Source: Moniliella sp. 'wahieum'
Lineage: Eukaryota
DNA: 64,000 nucleotides
Assembly: GCA_003971905.1 (NCBI GenBank)
Contig: RSEE01000017.1
Location: forward strand, 558,001 to 622,000
Reading direction: 5' to 3'
Part shown: positions 38,935-50,329 of the stretch, piece by piece
How positions within the stretch are numbered: position 1 is the first letter of the stretch
How the letters are laid out: every line of letters begins with the position of its first letter
Notes under the pieces: generated by a model
The model's input: the letters and a program-made list of their open reading frames with translations, nothing else
Told to the model about the DNA's origin: nothing
Database searches by the model: none
Position numbers and translations under genes: made by a program

Positions 38935-41900
38935 CTACGGCTCGGCCGAGCGGGACGCCAGCGCGGCCACCGCATCGTCGCTCGTCTCGGTCACGGTGGC
39001 CAGGGCGGCGTGCTGCTCGGTGGTGAGCTGGGCCAGCAACGCCTCGCCGTTCCCCGGCAGCGTCCCGAGCCACGCGCGGAACAAGTCGTAGACCCGGTGC
39101 TTGCTCAACGGCGACTCGAACACAGCATCGTCGTCGTCCAAATCCTCATCCTCGTCCTCGTCCTCGCCGTCATCGTCAAAGCCACCTGCCGCGCCCTCTG
39201 GCACTACTGCGCCCGCCTCAGCGGCCGCACGACGCGCTTCCTTCGCTTGCCGCTTCTCCGCCGCGCGACCAGCACGTCGTACAGCGCATTCGACTCGTCC
39301 TGTACGTCCTCATCGTCCGCCACGTCGCTCTCAGCCTCCTCGGGAAGGGACTGCGTATCCTCCTCTTCCTCGTCAAGCCAGTGGTCAGTGCCTTGGCCCG
39401 GGCAAGCGCCTGCGGGTACTGCGAAAGCAAGTGCACCGTCGCTCCCAACAACGCTGGTGCGCGCTTTGCACCGCCGCCCCACTGCCCCGCTCGAGAGGAG
39501 CGCCAAGAAGGCCAAGGCGCCAACTAGCATCTCGTGCGGCCGCTTGGCTCGGCTCACGCCGGCAACAGCGCATCCAACACTGCCCCCGTCGTTTCCCCTA
39601 ACAAGGACAGGGCCAAGGTGGCATTGTAGATGAACGTGTCGAGCAGCGCTGTGTCGGCCCAACGGCGCTTGGAGCGTGCTGTCGTAGGTTGCAACACAGC
39701 TGTGGCCGCGGGCTGGAGGAACGTGGCCAAGGCCTCGTCCCATTCCCCGGGCATGTTGAGCAAGGCTACATCGGCCAATTTGAATGCAGCGGCCAGCTCA
39801 TCGTCGTCCGCGTCACGCTGCCACTGGTGGGCGTACACCTGTAGCAGACCTGCTTGTACGCCGGCGTGGCCACCAGGACCTCCTTCCCGTACGAAATGAA
39901 GTTGTCCAGCGTGCCCACCATCTCCCCCACGTAGTCTCCTGCCCACGTCAGCAGCGCCTGCGTCATCAGCTCGTACACCTTCCATAGCGAGGGCGAAATG
40001 CGCTGCTGGTGGAACGTAAGCAGATCCAACAGATCAAATAGGTCATCTAGCATTTCCGTCTGCTCCTTTTCCAGAATCACTAAGATGGCCGGCAAGACGG
40101 TCGCCTCAAGCTGGGCCATCAAGTCCTTGTCCCCCTCGGCAGCCGAGACCAACTGATAAAGCGTACTGAGATGCGCGATCGCCGCATACATCGCATCGTG
40201 CGCCCCGGCCGGTACCGCAGCCAAGTCCCCCGTCTGCTCGGCCACGTGCGCCGCCTCGGCCACTTGGCCCACAAGTCGAACGAGACTCTCGCACAGCTGG
40301 CTGGCCAACTGCACCGCCGCCGGCCGCAGTTGGACAGAAACGTACGGACCAACTTCTCCTGCGTGCGTAGCAGTACATCCAACCCCGTCTCGTCACTAAG
40401 AAGTAGCAGTGTGCATCAGCCGCGCCGCGTGCGGCGCACACGCCGCATGCACAGGCTCGTGCCGCACCAACTGGCCCACCGTCGCTCCCGCTTGCACTCG
40501 TACGGGCAACGGACGCTCTTCCAGCAGACACGCCAGCACTCCTTCAAACGCTGATTGAAGCGTCGGTACCGTCCATACCAAGCCAGCCTGGTCCAAGCTC
40601 TTGATCACTTCGCACGCGCGGAACTGCAACACGCTTCGCCCGCCAGATGCGGCAGGACATAGGACGTGACGAACTGGTCTACCTCGGGTCCCGTGGTGGG
40701 ATCATGGATCATGGTAGTCCGCATGGCCGATACCATCCGCAGAGCACCTTCTTTTTCCCGCGAAGAAGTAGAGGTGGAGAGAACGTGCTGGACAAATTGA
40801 ACCAGCGGGAGGAAGCTGCTGGCTTTCCGACGGCCGGCCACCGCCTCGACCAACTCGACTGCGACACTGACTGGGTTGCCAAATACTTCGATCGGATCCA
40901 TCTGGGCACGGATAAACTCGGTAGGCTCGTGCTCGAACGTGGTTTGGTCCTCGTCGGTATAGCACAGGGTAGGGAAAGCAAATCGTTCAATAAGAACTTG
41001 GACATGGGGCTTAAGAAGTGCCCAGAGCGCCTTGGTCTTGATGCTGGCCAAGAGGAACTTGAAGATGGCAAAGTGGGCGTAGCGGCTCAAGAAGGCCCCT
41101 GCTACAGCACGTTCAGTTTGGCCTAGGTAGGCCTCCAAGATGCGCGGGGCACAGTGGGTGAGGAACTGGGTGGCAAACGGTTGGTACTGCTTCTTGTCGG
41201 AAGGCAAGTGAGCCGGATTGCCATAAGACAAGAAGAGTTTGTTCAGCGCTACATACGCCCACTTTTTCGCTTTCCACCACGGCTGCCGGGCGCGCTCGTC
41301 CCGGTCCTCTTGGTCCTCGGCAGGCGCAGTGGCAGAGGGCACGTCGGCAGCAACGGTGGGAAGAAGTACCGTGTCGATCCAGAGCGACAGGGCGTCAGCC
41401 GTCTGGAGCGAAGGCACAAGCTGCGTCGAAAGCGATCGGGCATACGTCTTGTTGATCACATGCAGCAGCGCACCTACCTCGTCGCTCCCGACGGCCGGGT
41501 GGGACAACAAGGTCTGCGCCCGCTGCGAGCTGGGGAAAGGCCTGGGCGACGAGCGGGTCGAGCATGTTGTGCTCATCGCGCCAGCGCAGCGACTGCACCA
41601 CCACCAGCAGGGCACGCGCACCGGCGGCAACCTGGGCCTCGTCGGTGCTGGTGAGGGAAGAGCCGATCCAGGGCAGGAGCTGGGGCCAGTGCTGCGGGAA
41701 GTCGGCGGAAACGATGGTGAGGAGGATGGTGGTGGCATGGACACGCAGCATAGGCGGGAGCACAGCCAAGGCGGGAGAAGCAGGCTACGCATCTCGGCCT
41801 TGTCGGCATCGGACAGGGCGGAGGAGGCGGCGCGGGCAGGCCAGGCGCGACGGATGCGGTTCTTGGTCCAGATGGCGGCGGCCTGGCGCGCAGGCAGGGG

Positions 41901-42053
41901 AGCGTCCTCGGCCACGACGAGGCGCCAGACGGCGGGCAGGACGGCGGGCTGGGCGTCGAGGGCGCGCAAGTCGAGCTCGGCCTGGATGCGCTGGTTGGGG
42001 TCGGAGGCGACGGAGCCGCTGAAGAGCGCGAGCAGAGCGGCAGCAGACGCCAT
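38935..42053 (-). CDS. NMD5: Importin-7/8 family karyopherin
   Basis: IBN_N start (DPNQRIQAELDL, RQAAAIWTKNRI), DFPQHWP, WWKAKKWAYVALNKLFLSYGNP, FRACEV, LPVRVQAG, LDNFISYG, acidic C-terminal loops. Confidence 0.9.
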
Positions 42054-42607
42054 CGCGGGTGTGGATGGGGGGGGGGGGGAGGGTTGGAGGAAGGTGTGTA
42101 GGCGGCCGAAGAAGATGGCCAAAAAATTTGTTTTCCTGTTAGTTGTGCTAGCCGCGCGCCACCCACCCATCACCCACCAGCACATCACCCATGACATGCA
42201 GCTTCAACTTTCAACTGCGCCCGACCGCATGCCATTTCAAGTGTAAGGTCACGTGTGCTGTCCATTGCGCATCACCCGGCCGTCGCCGTCCGAACAGCGG
42301 CGACGGCCGGGACGCGCCGGGTAGCCCACTGGAAGCTGGATGGGCAGCTGGGCCGAGGCACGGCCGCCGGGTGGGATCGGAGGCGAGATGGGCCGAGTGC
42401 ACACAACATCGGAGGCCGTCGGGGCCAGGCAGCATGCATCAGGCCTCAGGCCAATCATTAATCAGCCGACCCGCTGCCCGTGGCTTTTGAACCGATTCAG
42501 GCGGACAGCGCAGAGACAGTCACCCATCCCAGCGAAGAGTGGGACGAGTTAAAAGTTAAATGAGGCTCACTTTGGTCCCCAGCAGGAGGTTGTCGCTCTG
42601 CCTTTGG

Positions 42608-42616
42608 TATATATAG
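42608..42616 (+). promoter_or_regulatory. Putative TATA box
   Basis: TATATATAG about 80 nt upstream of the ATG at 42693; CCAAT at 42451. Confidence 0.45.
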
Positions 42617-42692
42617 CACTCCGCCTCTCCATCAGCCCTCGCACCAACACCAGCCCCTTCATCCCTCCCACCCGTCCCCCCTCTCCGACGCC

Positions 42693-42943
42693 ATGCCCCT
42701 GTCTACCGCCTCCATCGCCGCCGCCTCCACCGCAGCTGGTGCTGCTGCCCCCACCGAGAACATCGCCCCCGTCCAAGCGCGCCTGACGACCTGGTGCGTG
42801 TCGGCGTTGCTCGGCATGGCCGAGGCCTATTCCGTCCTCCTCCTCTCCCAGCCAACACCCCGCTGGAAAAGGACGAGCTGGAGGAAACCCATTCCCACTG
42901 GTACGCCCTCCGGCACCACGAGCACTTGGCTTTGGCCATGTAG
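42693..42943 (+). CDS. Putative small protein of unknown function (frame and end uncertain)
   Basis: ATG in cgccATG context after a TATA box; C-ending codon bias like neighbouring genes (MPLSTASIAAASTAAGAAAPTENIAPV); followed by a long pyrimidine-rich UTR-like tract. Confidence 0.4.
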
Positions 42944-44519
42944 CATGACTATGGCTGCTGTGCACACGCCATCGTTGGCTGGGTGTCTGCCTTGTTTGCC
43001 TGCGCTTTGCAACTCCCGCCCTCGCATTGAACCAGTGCAGCCTGCAATCTGGAATCCTCAGTCTCCCCCTTTTTCTCACGTTGCCGTTTGACTTTTGCCC
43101 TCAGGGGCTGAACAGAGCGATGGCTTTTTTGTCCTCTTCCGCTACTCCCGCAGCCCACATCGATTATTCCCGCTTTTACCGTCCCCACCTCCCCACGCTT
43201 TTCCCGCACCCCGCACCCCCACTCCGCTTCCCGCTTCCTGGTCCCCACACGCTCCGGTTTTTGCTGTGTCCCCCACCTCGTTTCGCCCAGTCAGGAGGCG
43301 CACGTCTTTCTTGTCTTTTTGCCGCACAACTCTCACGATTCACGACGCACGACGCACGAGCACGATTTTTACGATGTCGGCCGTACTTTTCCTTCTTCCT
43401 CTCTTGCAAATGGTTCAATCCTCCTCTTATGCCGTTCCGCTTTCCTAGTTGAACGGCCTGGCTCCATTCTCTGCAATCCTTCCCCCCGACATATCTCTGT
43501 CTTGAACACACTTGATGCTCCCCCGTTCTTTCGTGTCCCGCCTTGCTCTCTCTGGTTAACCATTCACAACCCTCCCCGTCTGTCTTGCATCGGACATCAT
43601 TGAATTTGACTCTCTCGCCATTTCAAGTTACGCTGGGGAAGGATGGAGCATACCGAGAGCAGAGATAGCAAAGGAATGAAGTCCATTTTTTGTCCCACCT
43701 TAGTACTACTAGTCAGTGGGTAGGGTCGCCGGGACCCTTGCCCGTCTGGGCAACCCCCTCATCCGCATCAACATTCAGTCATCAGCTCTTGTGGCTTTCC
43801 AGTTTCCGCTTGATCAACCATCCATTTTGTCGTAACGCCTAGCAGTATTATTCACAGTCTCCTCTCCGTAGTGTGGAGATCCCACTGCGATTCTATGCGA
43901 GAATCGATTTTTTGTTTCACAGTGTGGCATGACCAGACCAATCTTATCATTGCTTGTGTTTTACCTTCCCAATCATGCTCCTAGAGGGCAACGGACTATA
44001 CTATACATACGACGTAGTCGGGTCATGTGAGACATTTCTACCAAGTAGCACCGCCATCAATCGTTTCTTCTTATTCATTCTCGCATTGCTGCGGTCGTCA
44101 GGACCCCACCTTGTCTGGCGGCCGCATTCTCTGCAGCCAACGGGCCAGTGTTGGCGATCCCACGAGGGGGATACGGTCTACTCTTCGGTTTGTCTTGAGG
44201 GAAAAAAAGGAGCCGAGACGGCAGGGACAAACGGTAAAGGTCGGTCGGTCGTGGTGGTTGGTGGATTGGTAATAGGAGGTACGTAGTCGAATCACGTCAC
44301 GTTTCGAAAACGTCATAGAGGACCATCGTTTTTTCTTCGTTATTCGTCGTTCGCGTCGCTGCGGGCTGGCGTACAAAGGCCCAGCGGCGATCCCTCGGGT
44401 CTACGCTTTGGATTGTCTTGAGGAAAGAAAAAAAGGAGACGGCAGATTCAAACAAAGGCAAGGTCGGTCGGTAGGCCGGGATAGGTATGGGTAGAAGAGG
44501 AATAGGCCATTTTTCTTGG

Positions 44520-45899
44520 TTACTTGGTCGACTTGCTGCCGTCGTCCGGCGGACGGGCCGGCGGGACAAAGCAGCCAACCTCGTCTTTGAGCATTGCCAG
44601 AACTTCCCGTTGGCGATACTCGGGCGACTGGCCCAAATCTCTCTGTATGCAGTACAACCAGTAGCAGTACAAATGGCCCTTGTAGCGGATGCCATCCATC
44701 CTTTCCCAGAGCCTGACCTTCTCTTGGCCTCAATCTCGCCGTCCTGAGGGCCGTCCTGAGGGCAGTACGGTTCATTCAGTCGCCGATTCTTCTCGCTTTT
44801 AAGAAAGGTCGAGGTTGGATTGCGCAGCCACGCTAACATCAATGCCTTCATCTCTGGGTCGCTTTGGAACATCGCTTCCTGCTCCAACAATTGGGTACAC
44901 ACGGGTCGGATGCGCATCAGCAGCTCATCCAGCTCCGCCAAGGCAGTGCGACACGAAGCCCCGGCTCCATATGGCTGTACCACGTTCTGGACACCACGCA
45001 GGGCACAGGGGTGTGTAGAGAGAGAGAGAGAGGGAGGGAGGGAGGCCGGTTTCTTCGGTCAGTGGTGCTCTGTGGGATTCGTCTCCCAACACAAGTGTGA
45101 GGGGGAAAAAGACAAGAGAAAAGAGAAGCGGGGTGCTCATACGCACTGGTACATTTGGTTTAGTTCGCGGATCCGCTCCAGTTGGGTCTGGGTGGTAATC
45201 GTCTTGGACACTGCCGCGTCGCGCAGCATCTTGAACTCGTCCTCCAACTGATTCCGCTTAGGGCCCCGACGAGACTCAACGTCGTCCTCGTCGTCGTCGC
45301 CTTGCACCGGAGGGACCGGCGGCCACTGCTTGTGCACCAGCACTCTCGTCGCCGACACCTCTTCGATCGCCGCAATGCTGGTGAGGGGGGCAAAGTTGAA
45401 GGAAGCGCGATGGCGATTGGACTGCCGTAGGAGCGCAGCGAGCTCGGCACGCAGCTTGTCGCGCTCTTGGGTCATGTGCGCATTGCGCGCAGCCAGATCG
45501 GTGCGGTACTGCTCCTCATTCTGGCCCAGCTCCTGGATGGTGTTGGCCCAGGGTGACGAGCGTGTGGGCAGGGATGCAACCGGGCGAGGTGGCGGCGGCG
45601 TGGATCGAGGCGGTGAGAAGGGCGTTGGACGACGAGGAGAGGGCGGCTTGGGAGAAGGCAGGCACGCCGCAGAGCAGGTCTTGGTACACGCGCAGCGGGC
45701 TGTCGTCGGGCAGGACGAGGTGGGCCAGGTCGGTGGTGCCGAGCCAGGCGAGCAGCTGCTCGTGCACGCCAGAGGTGGTGGTGGCGGTGAGCAGCGGTTT
45801 GTCTTGCGGGTGGAGCTCGGCGATCGCGAGGAGCATGTCGGTCGGCAGCAGCTTCAACACCGCCTGTTGATGGGCCGAAGAGCGCATGATCACAACCAT
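44520..45899 (-). CDS. Hypothetical protein (orphan A), partly coiled-coil
   Basis: Consecutive protein-like frames (QQAVLKLLPTDMLLAIAELHP; TQERDKLRAELAALLRQ; LAELDELLMRIRP; EKVRLWERMDGIRYKGHLYCYWLYCIQ...KSTK*) with a canonical intron 44987-45146 (gtgcgt...actgac...tccag). Confidence 0.6.
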
Positions 45900-46398
45900 G
45901 CCGTGCCAATCGGCTCTTGGCCCTATGGCGGGACGGGTGTATATACATATGTGGTGGGCGTTGCGGGGCGCAGTCCGGGCAGTCTCTGTTTGGTGGAGGA
46001 TGTGGAGGCGGCAGTGTGTGGGCGGGAATATCTCGCGCTGCTGTCTGCTTGTAAGACGAATAAGAATCCCTTTTTGGTAGGACTCTGCCGTGCTGCTATA
46101 GAACAGACTATTTGGTGGTGGTGTGTGTGCAAACGTTTTGTGCTCTGCTCTGTTTGTGTGTGTGTGAAAACTATCGCTGTAGCAGAAGATGGAGAGGGGG
46201 GACAGGACGAAGAAAGAGAGCGAGGTATATATGCCCAGATGAGAAGAAAAGAACATATGCGAGCTGAATCCCACCGAACAAGAAGGGGAGCTTATCATAG
46301 TTTTAAAGGGGGAAAACAGGGTATGGAACAAGCCACAGGGGGCAGTCAACGGGGTGGCCAAACGGTGATCAAGTGGGTCTGAATCTGATCCCCCGACA

Positions 46399-46427
46399 AG
46401 CTTTCCCGGATGAGATTGCCTTTTTTC
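46399..46427. repeat. 29-bp direct repeat, copy 1
   Basis: agctttcccggatgagattgccttttttc; 27/29 identical to 47197-47225. Confidence 0.9.
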
Positions 46428-47196
46428 ACTCTGCTGTTGTGCCGCTGGTTCCCGTCTGTCTGCCTGGATCGGGTCAAGCTTCAAGGACAGACTAGACGTT
46501 GGTGTGGGTGGGAATGGCTTGTGCAACACTACCACTGGACTACAGCGTCGGCGCAATTATACCCCGAACACATCCATCGAATGGCCGGTGTGTGTGGGAC
46601 TTTTTTGCTTCTGCAAGCGGCGCTTTTCTCAGTGTAGTTGGCGATCGGTTGCAATCATCCCCTCGTGGCGCTTTTCTTGAATCGCTGCGAACGCGGGTGG
46701 TTGGATAAATGTCCAAGTCGGGAGCACCCCTCGGGGTCAGACCAACAACGGATCCAACAGCCAAGCTCAAAAGCTCAAAATAATTGGCATATATCAGCAG
46801 TAAAATCCAAAAAAGAGATCAATTTGACGTACCAGGGGGACGGTCCATTTTGGACTCATTCATATGAAGACTGCCCGATCTCCCATTTGGCTTCTCCTCC
46901 TCCTCCTCGACCTCTTCCCCCCTCAATTCTTCGGGAATAGCGTGTTGAGTAGCGCAATCTACTATAGGGATAAAAGACAAAAGGGAAGGCGGGTGTGGTG
47001 AAGAATAGCATTGTACCCGTGAGGGGCCATGTCCTACTTTACATATATGCAAATTAAGTGTTGAAGGGAAAAGAAAGACAGAACTCTCAAACAAATGAGA
47101 ACTGGCATATGGAGGTTAGAAGACCACGAAGTCGGTTCGCCATCAACGTACAAGCAGGGCAAACCAAACTAGGATCAAACCAACTGATGTACTTAT

Positions 47197-47225
47197 AGCT
47201 GTCCCGGATGAGATTGCCATTTTTC
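47197..47225. repeat. 29-bp direct repeat, copy 2
   Basis: agctgtcccggatgagattgccatttttc; 27/29 identical to 46399-46427. Confidence 0.9.
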
Positions 47226-47468
47226 CCACACGCTATGTCGCTTGCCGGGCGGGAATGCGTTGTGCTTCGACTTGTGCGCACTGTGAGTCAACGGATTGAC
47301 GATTGGGACAGAGATGCCAGGATTCCCATTCTTTTCACTCGCGGTCGTGCTTGCGGTCTCGGCATCTCGCTATTTTAACCCCTCGGCTGTTCGCTCCCTC
47401 GCTCTCTGTTCCTCCCCCACCACCACCACCCTCGTCTTCCTTCCTCGCATCCTCTCGACCCCACCACC

Positions 47469-49006
47469 ATGCCCTCTCGTCTGTGTACCCCCGCCGATGA
47501 CACGTCCTCGTCGTCGGCGCGTGCCCCGACGCCCCCAACAACGACACCTTCCACTCCGCCCCCGACGCACCCTCCACCGACATCTCCCACATCACCGCCG
47601 CCACCACATTGTCAGTCGTCTCCTCTGCCCACCCGCCCTCCACTCCGTCACCGGCCCCGACCGGCATGGCCACCCCGACAGCGCCCGCAGCGGCAGAATG
47701 CCTCGGTCAGTTTTAGCACGCCAACGACACCATCAGCGGCGCCCCGTCCGCAGCCCTCCACCGCGCCCTCGACCGCTCCGGCGTCGCCCGCCAGCCCGGC
47801 CCGGAAGAGGTCGACCGACTACCATCATCCATGCCCCCTTGGCCAGCTCGTTTGACAAGAGGAAAAACTCCTTTACTGTCCCTGTTGTTCGCCGTGCTAC
47901 GACCACACGGGCAATGCCTCGGCCAGCAACAGTACCGTCCACGACACAACCAACGACAGCACTGCGACGGTCACCGTCGACAACGACATGCGCGATCCTC
48001 TCCAAGCCTTCGAGGAAGCGAAGCACCACCTCGCCATCGTCCAGCACTTCTGGGAATACGAGCTGCAAAACTGCCACCCCCAGGTGAACGATTTGGTGCA
48101 CGAAGGCGAGTTGCTCACCCTGGAAATCGAACGACTGGTACGTGCGCAGATATCCTCTCCCCCTTGCTCATCTCCGTACAACCAGTACTCATCCCCACAC
48201 GCTTGGTCTGACTCCTTTTGTCCACCCTATACTCTCTGACGTTGTTCGGGAACCCAGCCTCGTCAGATCGACCAAGCGCGACAAGAGCAAACTGGCAGCC
48301 GCGCCCAAGCCGAACGGATCATATCCTACTTGACCGAAACACGTTCGGTCCTGGCCGAGGGCGTACGTGCGTCGATCGAGCAAGCCGGCGTAGGAGCAAA
48401 GCGCCGACTCGGTCATGCCCGTCCTGCCGCCCGTCGGCAATGCTACTCCTGAAACAGGCGTATCGTGGCAAAGTGAAGTTGAGCTGACCAAGGCGTTCGT
48501 CACCGACCTCCAACCCGCGGCGAACATGGCCAGAAAACCGTCACGGCAGTGCTTGCCTCGCTCGAGTCAGTAGGACTACGCTCCCATGACCACACAATCC
48601 GAATCTACATCGAAAAGCTAACCCACTAACCCCCCCCCCGATTGTCTGTATTGTAGAGCCTGGCGTGAGCGCCAACGCGACAATGGCGGTAAGGAACTGC
48701 TCCTCCAGTGGCAAAAGTTACAACGCGACTGGGACAGCTTTTCCTCCCGTTTCTTATACTTCCAACGGCTTCCGAGAAGCACATGAAGGATTTCATGGAA
48801 TTCTCATACATGGTGGACAAGCAGAAGCTAAAGAGCGACGAGGAGCTTGGGCTGCGGATCGAAAAGCTCTTTGCCAGCTGCCCATCCTTTTCACCATTGT
48901 GGATGCCATGGAAATTACCGTGCCTGATATCGGATCCCTTTTCGAACGCATCGACCCCGGTTGCACGAGCTCGACTTTACCGACCTGGACAGCGTGCTGG
49001 CATTGA
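47469..49006 (+). CDS. Hypothetical protein (orphan B): Pro/Ser/Thr-rich N-terminus, helical C-terminus
   Basis: Low-complexity start, then RDPLQAFEEAKHHLAIVQHFWEYELQ; two canonical introns 48138-48257 (gtacgt...ctgac...ccag) and 48566-48656 (gtcagt...ctaac...tgtag); later frames AWRERQRDNGGKELLLQWQKLQ and KDFMEFSYMVDKQKL. Confidence 0.6.
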
Positions 49007-50234
49007 TGTGAGAACTCCCCCTCTCGTCCCCGTCTGTTTCGACCGTTTTTTTTTGCCCCCACTCATGATGATGATGCTCTGTTGGTTCGACCAGCGGGGG
49101 GGGGGGGTGCTGCTCACTTCCACTGCGGAGAGGGTGTATGTTGTCTCTGCGTTTGTTTGGTTTTGGACCTCTACTACTGGTATGAGCATGCGGGTGTAAC
49201 AGTCGGGGCTAAACGAGGGAGACCAAGGTCCTGTCAGAGGCGGGGGGAAAGGCAAGATCGTTCGTGGGAGGAAACAGAAGGCATCAGGCAGAGAACAGAA
49301 GCAAAGGGAAGGGAAGAGCGAGAGACACAGGATGCGGAATTGGAAATTGGAGCGAGCTTAGTCATTCGTGACAGCGGGCTCAATTTCTTTTGTTCTTTCT
49401 CCCTACTCTGTTTTCTCCTCTCCGCGCCTCACGACGGTATTTTCCACCTGTTGATGACCTCGATGACTTCACATGGTAGCGCAGCTTTGGGTCGGTTATC
49501 TCCACTGACCCGATCTGTTTCGACTCCGATCTCGACGATCGTATCGGACCCAAGCACAAACGGGCTGTGGGCTGCGCACACATACTATTAGTATGTACAC
49601 GCGTCTCCTAATGAATTTCTCTTTTGATTGACCCGGCCCGAGGGGTCGCCATCGCGGGATGTAGAAACAAGGCCCAGGTAGGAGGATGCTCAATTAGGGA
49701 TCGACATGAATGGCGATGAGAGAGATCGAGTGCGGAAGCGACGGTCGTCCCACTCGCTTGGCCTGCTTTGGTATTCATCAGCAGTGGATGTGGGGAAACA
49801 ACATCAATGCAGCCAGAGTACCTAGTGTGGATTGAGGAGCCTCAGGCCTCCATGCCGTCCCTAGGCTCGGGATCCTCAGAGGCCCCACACCAACAGCTCA
49901 GCAACCTGAGCAGGCGCGTGTGGCTGTTCGAGAGTGATGCATGTGCGTTATAAGTCTTACTGTGGTAATACTATTAGTATACGGGTTTGGGGCATACTTG
50001 CTCCTTACTCTGGACATGATCCTCCTTTTCGATAGAAGGAAATGCCTCATTGAAGTCCCTCTGCGGAAACCTTTGGGAGTACTGAAGGGGAAATCAAGAG
50101 CTGCTGCTCTAACCAGACTTCATTTATTGACGGAAAAGGTCGATGAACAGAAAAATGAGGGCAAGCCAAACCTTCGGAGAGAGAGCACACTCAGGGGAGG
50201 GCCAGGGAGGGCCATCCTCAGGTTCTAACACGAA

Positions 50235-50329
50235 GGCGAGATAGCGAAGTGGTCTAACGCGCTGTGTTAAGGACGCTTAATCCTAAACCGCAGTCCTCCG
50301 GGGCGTGGGTTCGAATCCCACTCTCGTCA
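50235..50329 (+). tRNA. tRNA-Leu (anticodon AAG) with 15-nt intron (50273-50287)
   Basis: Same exons as the copy at 15222 with an intact T-stem GTGGG/CCCAC; T5 terminator at 50331. Confidence 0.95.

Noticed and set aside
37627..39633. 668-aa plus-strand ORF and similar long ORFs (33035-34426 minus, 41239-42246 plus)
   Set aside because: Antisense shadows of CDC23/NMD5/APL4 caused by high GC and codon bias; translations are low-complexity and motif-free.
44520..49006. Divergent pair as a bE/bW mating-type locus
   Set aside because: No homeodomain helix-3 (WFxNxR) motif in the frames I read; kept as an orphan pair instead.
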